NCBI GenBank assembly: GCA_025453495.1
Contig: JALOQM010000002.1
Span: 12,680-76,679 of the forward strand
DNA length: 64,000 nucleotides
Direction: 5' to 3'
Origin: Minisyncoccota bacterium
GTDB taxonomy: Bacteria; Patescibacteriota; Minisyncoccia; Phycocordibacterales; UBA9973
Shown here one piece after another: positions 56,724 through 64,000 of the stretch. Position numbers and translations under genes: made by a program. The notes under the pieces are model-generated. The model was not told where the DNA came from. It made no database searches and was given only the letters and a program-made list of their open reading frames with translations. Position 1 is the stretch's first letter, and each line of letters opens with the position of its first letter.

Positions 56724-58166
56724 TTATTGTACCCAAGTTGTAATATATTTTTGTACATCAAACTTTCCCTCACACCCACCGCGAGACATATATCTAATTG
56801 TGCCAAAAATCGGTCGTGGGAACCATGCTCTGTCATGTACACCACCGATAGACCAGGCAATACCTGCGTAGCCATTTGGATCACGCCCATCAAGCTCATA
56901 GGTATCATTTAGATAGATGGCTATTGCGAGTGCTTCTTCTGGTGAATGTGTCCATTCGAGAATCTTTTTTGCCCAATACATACGCATATATCCGTGCATT
57001 TTCCCAGTCTGTATCATTTGTGTTTGTGCGGCATTCCAGAGGGAGTCATGTGTCTTTGCTTCTTCGAGCTGTTTTTTGGTATACACATATTCTCGCGTAT
57101 CTTTCGCTGCTTTCTCGAGGGATTTTTTTGCCCAATCGGCGAAACACTCTGTACTGTCGTACTTCTTTTCATAAAAACAAAAATTATCCGAAAGTTCTCG
57201 GCGGACAATAAGCTCTTCGAGGAATGCCCCTGCATGGTCTATGAGTGTTGGTTTTTTGTCATCTTCTATCTTTGCCTTGTTTTTTATATGATGCAGTATA
57301 TGTGTAATGTCTTTTCCGGCTACTTTTGTCGTTTCAAGAGCCACTCTTTGTGGTGCAATCATTCCATAATGTAAATAAGGAGAAAGGTTTGATTGTCCGT
57401 CTTCGTTTGGATCATTTCGTATAGCACCATAGCGATGAATCCCGTCTTTCAGAAATCGCTTCAGTGCTCCATGCGCAGCTTCTTCTCCTGGTGGCGCCCA
57501 AGAGATGGACTGCAATGATTCCTCCAGCTCTTTTTTACTCAAGAGACTTTCGAAATCGTCACCTTTTATTTTTTCTGTAAAAGCATATGTTGAAGACGTC
57601 ATTTCGGGAAATGTGTCCAAAAATTCTGGTAGCAGTCTAAAAATCTTTGGTCGTATGGTGTATGCGCCATACTCTCTTTTGTCTGAGGTAATCCATACTG
57701 GAATGATGTTATGTGCATCTACGCCAAAAAAAGAGCACGCTATATTTTTTCGCACATAGTCGCTCCAAGAACGACTTATTCGTAATGGATACAAATCGGT
57801 GATGACTGCTCCTGCAGAAATGTTCTTCGTGAATTCTGCAATATGCTTTCCACTTTGTTTTCCATCTGCATCTACTAAGACAAAAAATGAAATATTTTTC
57901 TCTGCTAGATCTTGCTTTATTTGCTTAAGTGCAGAAATTTTAAATGCGAGTTGTCTGTTTCGTCCACCCAAAAATCCTGGCACCAAGGTATAGACCACAA
58001 CAACTGGTGCTTTTTGCTCGTCAGCCAAACTTTTTGCGTACAGCAAGGACCAGTTGTCACGAACGCGCATCTCGCGATTCATCCAGTAGATAATTGGACC
58101 ATCTTTTGTATCCTTGGAGTTTAACTTCAAGACACGTTTTGTATTCATATGATAAATGTACCACAA
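56724..58166 (-). CDS. phr: Deoxyribodipyrimidine photolyase/cryptochrome-family protein
   Basis: N-terminal photolyase alpha/beta domain (IIYWMNREMRVRDNWSL) and FAD-binding C-terminal domain (GYMRMYWAKKILEW, WSIGGVHDRAW). 480 aa. Confidence 0.8.
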   Translation of the reverse strand: MWYIYHMNTKRVLKLNSKDTKDGPIIYWMNREMRVRDNWSLLYAKSLADEQKAPVVVVYTLVPGFLGGRNRQLAFKISALKQIKQDLAEKNISFFVLVDADGKQSGKHIAEFTKNISAGAVITDLYPLRISRSWSDYVRKNIACSFFGVDAHNIIPVWITSDKREYGAYTIRPKIFRLLPEFLDTFPEMTSSTYAFTEKIKGDDFESLLSKKELEESLQSISWAPPGEEAAHGALKRFLKDGIHRYGAIRNDPNEDGQSNLSPYLHYGMIAPQRVALETTKVAGKDITHILHHIKNKAKIEDDKKPTLIDHAGAFLEELIVRRELSDNFCFYEKKYDSTECFADWAKKSLEKAAKDTREYVYTKKQLEEAKTHDSLWNAAQTQMIQTGKMHGYMRMYWAKKILEWTHSPEEALAIAIYLNDTYELDGRDPNGYAGIAWSIGGVHDRAWFPRPIFGTIRYMSRGGCEGKFDVQKYITTWVQ

Positions 58167-58225
58167 AATACTGATTCCTTGTTTGTATACTAGGGAGCTT
58201 GATTTAGAAATGCCGTTCAGTCATT

Positions 58226-58579
58226 ATGAGTACATTGATGCAGTCCGAGTTTTCATTTGAGGCAAAAGTGTGGCTGTACCCTGGCATGCAGACAGCATGG
58301 CATTTCGTCAGTGTACCAAAACCACTTTCAGAAGAGATCAAAGAAAGATCTACAATAAGAGGTGTTGGTCAATCTACCAAAAGACGCGGGTGGGGATCAG
58401 TTCCAGTACAAGTTACTATCGGGAAATCAACATGGAAAACAGCCGTATTCCCAGATAAAAGGTCAGGGTCATATCTTTTGCCACTCAAAGCAAAAATACG
58501 GAGTGCCGAAGACGTCTTCAATGGTGACACTGTGTTTGTCTTGATACAGTTAGCTTACCCACGACAACCACAGAAATAA
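58226..58579 (+). CDS. DUF1905-domain protein
   Basis: FEAKVWLYPG...AWHFVSVP pattern typical of DUF1905. 117 aa. Confidence 0.45.
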   Translation: MSTLMQSEFSFEAKVWLYPGMQTAWHFVSVPKPLSEEIKERSTIRGVGQSTKRRGWGSVPVQVTIGKSTWKTAVFPDKRSGSYLLPLKAKIRSAEDVFNGDTVFVLIQLAYPRQPQK

Positions 58580-58581
58580 CT

Positions 58582-59355
58582 ATGACAAAAAAGCCATCAC
58601 AAAAAGAACACTATTCAGTGAATCCCGAAACAGGGAGAGTTTCAATAACAGAAGCTTTTGGCGCGAACCTCGCGCAGCTTTTGGCAGAAAAAATAACACC
58701 GATATACAAGAAGTTTGATGCAAAAGGTTTTGTTGGCGCCACTAAAAAAGCAGTTATTGGCAAAACGTATACACAGCGGATTGAGATCATTGCCTGTCTC
58801 TTGAAAGAGTATTTACCAGAAAAATATACACAAGCACTTGCTATCCTCATGCAGATTCTAGGGCCAGAAAATAAAGAAGAAACAGGTATGTTTACTAACT
58901 TCTACTGGCTCATGCCGGTTGGTAAATTTGTTGAGAAATACGGGTTGGATAATTTCGCCGAGTCTATAAAAGCAATCGAAGAAATTACCAAAAGAAATAC
59001 TGGTGAGTACGCGATACGCCCATATGCTCGTGCATACCCAGCAAAGACACTTGCAGTCTGTACTAGGTGGGCAAAGAGTAATAACTTCCACTTGCGCCGG
59101 CTTGCCTCAGAAGGTCTCCGCCCTAAGCTTCCATGGGCACCAAAGCTGTATCTATGGAATGATGCACCAAAACCGGTATTTAGAATTCTTGCAGCACTCA
59201 AAGAAGACAAGGTGAAATTTGTAAAAAAGTCGGTTGCCAACCATGTTCGTGACTGGCGTAAAGTGAATCCTAAAGAAGCAAAGATATTGATCACAAAATG
59301 GTCAAAATCGAAAAACGAACATACAAAATGGATACTGAAGCATGCGCAGAGATAA
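58582..59355 (+). CDS. DNA alkylation repair protein (AlkD/AlkC-like HEAT-repeat glycosylase family)
   Basis: EYAIRPYARAY...CTRWAKSNNFHLRRLASEGLRP...KSVANHVRDW matches the DNA_alkylation family pattern. 257 aa. Confidence 0.6.
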   Translation: MTKKPSQKEHYSVNPETGRVSITEAFGANLAQLLAEKITPIYKKFDAKGFVGATKKAVIGKTYTQRIEIIACLLKEYLPEKYTQALAILMQILGPENKEETGMFTNFYWLMPVGKFVEKYGLDNFAESIKAIEEITKRNTGEYAIRPYARAYPAKTLAVCTRWAKSNNFHLRRLASEGLRPKLPWAPKLYLWNDAPKPVFRILAALKEDKVKFVKKSVANHVRDWRKVNPKEAKILITKWSKSKNEHTKWILKHAQR

Positions 59356-59444
59356 CTTAGTTTTGTACTAAATACTATGCATACGACTCAGAGAAAGATT
59401 GTCTAAATTTTTTGAAAACAATCAATGATGTTATTTTATTTTTT

Positions 59445-59837
59445 TTAGCCTATTATTTTCTGTGCTGCTTTCTCAGCAATACGCTTGATTCGCTTGTACA
59501 TTGCGCGAGAGATGAGAAACCAAATTGCGTATATGATAGAAAAAAACCAGAAAAAGAATCTTGCAATACCACTTGCATCTACAACCCAATTAGAAAAGCC
59601 AAGTACGCCGAGGAAAATGATAACTGGTAGAGCTAGTATTGAAACAAGGATTAGAAAGCTCTTGAGTGCGTCCATGGCCTTTTCAACAGCGAAATCTTTT
59701 GGATTAGCAACACCTTCTTTTATTTCTTTATAGATACGAAATGCTGCGAATAACATATGTACCGATTCTACCACATCTGCTAGAATAGCTTCTATGGAAA
59801 ACACACCACGCAAAGAAAAGAGTATTCTTGGTTTCAA
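59445..59837 (-). CDS. Hypothetical small membrane protein
   Basis: 130 aa with 3 hydrophobic helices. Confidence 0.35.
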   Translation of the reverse strand: MKPRILFSLRGVFSIEAILADVVESVHMLFAAFRIYKEIKEGVANPKDFAVEKAMDALKSFLILVSILALPVIIFLGVLGFSNWVVDASGIARFFFWFFSIIYAIWFLISRAMYKRIKRIAEKAAQKIIG

Positions 59838-61008
59838 AAAGAATATTTTTTATCTCGGACTAGTTAGTTTTTTTAATGATTTTTCGTCTGAAATGGTCCA
59901 GTCAGTCATGCCTATTTTTATTACTTCAGTGCTTGGTGCACCAGTGTTCGCAGTCGGTCTTATCGAAGGTGTAGCAGACGCACTTGCAAGTGTTCTCAAG
60001 CTTTTCTCAGGTTGGTTCTCAGACAAACTAGGGAAGCGTAAAGCTCCTGCTATTTGGGGATACTCCCTTTCGGTGGCGACACGCGCATTTCTCGCCAGTG
60101 CTGGTACATTTGGCCAAGTGTTCGGTTTGCGCATTATCGATAGAGTGGGTAAGGGTCTACGCAGTGCGCCGCGCGACGCTTTGATTGTTGATTCTGTAGA
60201 AAAATCTGAACTTTCAAAGTCATTTGGTTTTCATCGTGCTATGGATACACTTGGCGCGACGCTTGGGCCACTCCTTGCATTTGCGCTTATACCACTCTCA
60301 CACGATGGGTACAGACGGATTTTCTGGATAGCATTTGTGCTTGGCATCTTTGCTGTTCTTTCTTTTGTATGTGTCAAAGAAAAAAAGAAAGACGCTCTCA
60401 CACCAGCTGCAAAGCCAAAGCTCAACTGGGCGCTGTTTCGTGAACATACAGCATTTGTGTCTATTGTTGGCTCAATTTTTATCTTTGGCCTTGGTACATT
60501 GCCAATCGGTCTTGTGCTCTTGAGATCTCAAGAGCTTGCTGGTGCAAGTATCGCTAATGTACCGTTTATGTATTTTGTCTACAGTCTTACATTTGTCCTT
60601 GTGGCGGTACCTATCGGTAAGCTTGCCGATAGACTAGGGGAGCGCAGAGTTATCGCTTCTGGATTTCTCTTGGCTGTCCTTGCGTATGTATTTCTTGTCA
60701 AAGCACAATCCCTTCCAGCTCTTATTTTGTGCTTTGTTCTTCTTGGTCTCTATAGTGCGGCAACAGATGGCATACAGCGTGCACTTGCAGGGAAGCTCAT
60801 GAGTAAAGAGCTTGTCGCAACTGGACAAGGATTTCTCAATATGGCGATCGGTTTCTCGTCACTTGGCGCAGGACTCATTGGTGGTACACTCTGGACAGTG
60901 TATGGCTCACACGCGGCATTTTGGTATGCTGCCCTAGCTTCGGTTGTAGGATTGGTTCTCTTTTGGTATGTGACCCATGAGAGAAAACCTGCTATACTCG
61001 AGGTCTAA
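59794..61008 (+). CDS. MFS transporter
   Basis: 12-TM topology with an MFS-type GxxxD(R/K)xGxR-like loop (SDKLGKRK). 404 aa. Confidence 0.65.
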   Translation: MENTPRKEKSILGFKKNIFYLGLVSFFNDFSSEMVQSVMPIFITSVLGAPVFAVGLIEGVADALASVLKLFSGWFSDKLGKRKAPAIWGYSLSVATRAFLASAGTFGQVFGLRIIDRVGKGLRSAPRDALIVDSVEKSELSKSFGFHRAMDTLGATLGPLLAFALIPLSHDGYRRIFWIAFVLGIFAVLSFVCVKEKKKDALTPAAKPKLNWALFREHTAFVSIVGSIFIFGLGTLPIGLVLLRSQELAGASIANVPFMYFVYSLTFVLVAVPIGKLADRLGERRVIASGFLLAVLAYVFLVKAQSLPALILCFVLLGLYSAATDGIQRALAGKLMSKELVATGQGFLNMAIGFSSLGAGLIGGTLWTVYGSHAAFWYAALASVVGLVLFWYVTHERKPAILEV

Positions 61009-61022
61009 CATACTCAAAGTAT

Positions 61023-61496
61023 ATGCTTGGAAAAATGAAATCAAAAAAGTTCCCGATCATTGTAATTATCTCACTTGCAGTGCTTATGCTGCTTATCTAC
61101 GGTGTTTTCAATTTCTATAAGGCACGGAATGCGAAACTAAATCCAAATACAAATATGCTTGGCGCCGCAATCGAAACGTCTGTTGGTGTTATACGCCTTG
61201 TCTATATGAATGGTGCGACTATGATTGATAGTGAGCTTTTGCGTTCGACACCGTGTGTAGACTGGGATATCACTGTTGATAAGACTGCTACTGGCGCGAC
61301 GATTAAGATCAAAGACATAAATATGGCGGAGGTTTGTGTGCAGATGCTCGCTACACCAGAGGTGCTCACTGAGAGAATTAGTGGCACAACAAAAGGTAGT
61401 GTATACAGTGTATTCTTGGAAAACGCTACCATATTTGAGGGAGCGCTCTCTCCGATCCAGATGCCACAAGCACCTACGGAAGGAATGGCACAGTAA
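61023..61496 (+). CDS. Hypothetical membrane-anchored protein
   Basis: 157 aa with an N-terminal TM helix. Confidence 0.4.
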   Translation: MLGKMKSKKFPIIVIISLAVLMLLIYGVFNFYKARNAKLNPNTNMLGAAIETSVGVIRLVYMNGATMIDSELLRSTPCVDWDITVDKTATGATIKIKDINMAEVCVQMLATPEVLTERISGTTKGSVYSVFLENATIFEGALSPIQMPQAPTEGMAQ

Positions 61497-61935
61497 TACT
61501 ATTATCTTTTAAAAACCACCTGATAAGAGTGTTTTTTAAAGGTAACTCGCATCCACTCGCTTACCCCATCGTGATCATATAACAAATAGTGTTCTCTTTT
61601 GTACCGTTCTGTTTCAAAAGTCCTCAGGGTCGCTTCGCTTTTGAGGTTTTTGCAAAAGCAAAAACAAACAAAGCTTGCTCAACCAGACATTTTGAAACTG
61701 AATCGGTGGGATATATATAAAAAGCCCTGCCACACCCGCTTTCTTTCGTAGTGAGGACAGGTCTGCGGGTATCACCAAAAGATAAAGTAATGAGCTTATT
61801 TTACTTCATGTCCCAAAGAAGCAAGACAGACTAGTGTGTCTACGCAGACCCGCAGCTAGAAAAAAATGGGGCGGCGAAAAAATATACATAAATGAGGAGT
61901 ATTGCTGAACGATGAGCGAGCGGAGTGAGTTTTTT

Positions 61936-63471
61936 TTATTTATATACTGTCTCGTAAAGCTTTTTCCAAATCGCATACATCGCGTAGGTATCAAGCTTGC
62001 AGTATACCTTGAGATTGTACGCGATCTCTTCTCGTTCATTTTGAGGAAGTGTTCCTCCTGTCATTTGATTCCATTTTTCACTTGCGGTACCACCCTCACG
62101 AATGGCAAGGTCTTTGTATGTGAGTTCTGGAGCAAGGACTGGGAGTACATATTTGATCGATGTCGAGCCCATGAAGTCTCGCTCGACATAGTGCTGTTTG
62201 GTGAAGACATCCATAAGGTCATAAATACGGTTGTTGATGTTTGCCATGAGCGGCGCGAAATCGGCATTTCGCGCCGCAATTTCTACATTCCGCCCAATCT
62301 CAAATTTTTTGTTCCAGACGATTATACTGCCTTCTGTACCGATCCATTGTGACAGCGCTGTGGCAAGCGCGTCTGTCGGATCATCTGATTCTTCGTGTAA
62401 GTACTCGTAGTGTTCAGGCACTTCATCTGGGGTGCGAAGGACATGCAGTGAAAATTGAAAGGGTATCTGCTGATAGGGGGAAAAGCCCGTAAAGCGAGGA
62501 ATCGCTGACGGATAGGTTTCGTAGTCGAGGAAGTAGAGCGGGAAGGTCAGTTTCTCAAGCTCATATCGGATGCCAAGCATATCTTTGTGCGGACCATATC
62601 GATAGGCGTCGATTTGTGCCTGTTGGTTTTTTGAGAATTCCATGCCTTCAGGAATATCATCAATCTGCCATATTTCTCTATCAACGAGTTCTTTGAGCTT
62701 TGTTTTACTCGCGCCGATTCGTGCAATGTCATGGATACTGTAGTCGGGAATATCAGGATTGGAATAGGGGAATGTCGTACAGTGCTTACTGCGACCCTTA
62801 TAAATACATGAGCAATAGCCGGCTGGTTCATACTCTTGCCCGAGATACTCCTTTGCACGTTGCATCTTTTCTCGGGTTTCTTGTTCGAGTTCAGTCACTT
62901 GTTCTGTCATGTCATCAGAAACAAAAAGCTTCTCAAGCTCAAGTCCTCCTCTTCGCACGTATGTCGGATCCATATGAAGGATGAAGCATCTGCCGACTTG
63001 TATACCCGCGTCCATGAGCACGACGCGCTGAAATGCGAGGTCATCGACGTGGTTACGGTCACCAGTTTCCTTCACGCTATTTGACGCTTTTACTTCGTAA
63101 ATGTTCCATGTTCCTGTCTGTCCTGAGCTTGTCGAAGGATCGTATTCGAGTATGTCCGCCGCTGCAAGGAAACCATCTGAGACGAACACAGGTTGGAAGA
63201 TGACAAGAGGTCCTACATTAGTAGCGAGCGAAGCTGAATCGATTAATTCTTGTGTTTTCTTCTGCCAAAATGCATCCCGCCCGTCGATAAGAGTGCCGGC
63301 AGGGAAGAGTGTACGCGCATAATCCTCGACTTCGTTACCAGTCTCAATAATAGACTTCTCAAATTCAGAAAGAGGAAATTGCTTATATACTTCACGCTTG
63401 TGTATCTTGATCCACGCGTTTTTGGGACACTCAAGATAGGTGAGATAGTCTGTTTTTGATATTGGTCGCAT
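61936..63471 (-). CDS. DUF2779-family protein: predicted fused RecB/Cas4-like PD-(D/E)xK nuclease and DEDD 3'-5' exonuclease
   Basis: N-terminus SKTDYLTYLECPKNAWI is typical of DUF2779 starts. Central Cys cluster (CSCIYKGRSKHC) and C-terminal FLDYETYPSAIPRF (DEDD exo motif I-like). 511 aa. Confidence 0.5.
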   Translation of the reverse strand: MRPISKTDYLTYLECPKNAWIKIHKREVYKQFPLSEFEKSIIETGNEVEDYARTLFPAGTLIDGRDAFWQKKTQELIDSASLATNVGPLVIFQPVFVSDGFLAAADILEYDPSTSSGQTGTWNIYEVKASNSVKETGDRNHVDDLAFQRVVLMDAGIQVGRCFILHMDPTYVRRGGLELEKLFVSDDMTEQVTELEQETREKMQRAKEYLGQEYEPAGYCSCIYKGRSKHCTTFPYSNPDIPDYSIHDIARIGASKTKLKELVDREIWQIDDIPEGMEFSKNQQAQIDAYRYGPHKDMLGIRYELEKLTFPLYFLDYETYPSAIPRFTGFSPYQQIPFQFSLHVLRTPDEVPEHYEYLHEESDDPTDALATALSQWIGTEGSIIVWNKKFEIGRNVEIAARNADFAPLMANINNRIYDLMDVFTKQHYVERDFMGSTSIKYVLPVLAPELTYKDLAIREGGTASEKWNQMTGGTLPQNEREEIAYNLKVYCKLDTYAMYAIWKKLYETVYK

Positions 63472-63557
63472 GAAAATATAATAACATCACAACTAGATAT
63501 TGACAAAAATATTGATATATTATATATTTAAACAGTTCACCAAAAAAATAATAAATA

Positions 63558-63992
63558 ATGGCTATTATCCTTGAAAAGAGAGATTTTTTACTCTTCATTG
63601 AGCCGGCTGGTAAATGTCATACACCGGTCATCGATAAGTACACCAAAAGGCTTACCGGTGCATTTCGCTCCGCAAAAGTTGGATTATCAAATTATAGCAA
63701 TATTGCAAGAGAATATGACACAGAGGCTTTCTTTGACGAAAACGGCGGTGGCTGGAAAGGATCTCATGTTTGCATATGTGGCGCCATGAGTTCAAACAAG
63801 GACTATGCGATGTTGACACGTGATGTATTATCATTGCATATCGATCATCAGCAGATTGTACTGACGAATTCTTTGTGTATTCATTATGTAGCATGCCACA
63901 GAGATGATGTGCCTACAGAAATGCTTGAGCAAATCATGCTCCTTTCAGCTGATGATGCGGAACCGACTCAAACTGAGCTTGGATTAGGATAA
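63558..63992 (+). CDS. Hypothetical protein
   Basis: 144-aa ORF. No recognised family. Confidence 0.35.
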   Translation: MAIILEKRDFLLFIEPAGKCHTPVIDKYTKRLTGAFRSAKVGLSNYSNIAREYDTEAFFDENGGGWKGSHVCICGAMSSNKDYAMLTRDVLSLHIDHQQIVLTNSLCIHYVACHRDDVPTEMLEQIMLLSADDAEPTQTELGLG

Positions 63993-64000
63993 TTATTCAG

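Noticed and set aside
61497-61935. tmRNA, RNase P RNA or SRP RNA in the long intergenic region
   Set aside because: I could not find the conserved tRNA-like 3' end, the P4 motif or the SRP domain IV motif by eye. It needs a covariance-model scan.
1-64000. Alternative genetic code (UGA recoding, as in Gracilibacteria/SR1)
   Set aside because: Housekeeping genes are full length under the standard code, and the one TGA-interrupted locus is followed by an in-frame TAG. No evidence for recoding.

Overview
This 64-kb window is low-GC and gene-dense, with few visible Shine-Dalgarno sequences. It reads like a reduced genome, possibly Patescibacteria/CPR-like, but taxonomy is not settled from this sequence alone. 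Most of it is housekeeping: rpmG, miaA, an HTH-fused murA, murB, parB, rel, topA, dprA, serS, dus, dnaX, groES/groEL, rpoD, mrdA, greA, lysS, a partial dcw cluster (mraZ-rsmH-ftsL-ftsI-murF), msrA, photolyase and an AlkD-like repair gene. There are five tRNAs: Leu-GAG, Trp-CCA, Leu-CAA, Gln-UUG and Glu-CUC. Three stretches look accessory. (1) Right after tRNA-Glu sits a 1275-aa ORF with an Mrr-like REase-fold N-terminal domain, TPR-like helical repeats and no NTPase motif. A 5'-truncated large serine recombinase lies just downstream. I read this as a decayed tRNA-targeted integrative island carrying a candidate undescribed single-protein defence or conflict system. (2) Right after tRNA-Gln is a tandem array of two small integrase-less cassettes. 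One carries two beta-lactamase-family serine hydrolases; the other carries a hypothetical protein, a small membrane protein and a TrmB regulator. Each cassette is bounded by direct copies of the tRNA-Gln 3' end (GGTTCGAGT...GGCAGCCAGCTTGAG) with inverted-repeat arms, which looks like attP/attC. (3) A standalone TIR-domain protein lies next to a T9SS-CTD secreted protein, with an inverted relic of the same att-like repeat family upstream. Other points of note: a perfect 22-bp palindrome between divergent murA and murB that may be the operator for the XRE-HTH fused to MurA; a LysRS with a PTH2-like C-terminal extension; a MraZ-box array; a frameshifted gene remnant; a headless DUF45 hydrolase fragment; and a 440-nt convergent intergenic region that may hold an ncRNA. 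No CRISPR array or rRNA was seen.
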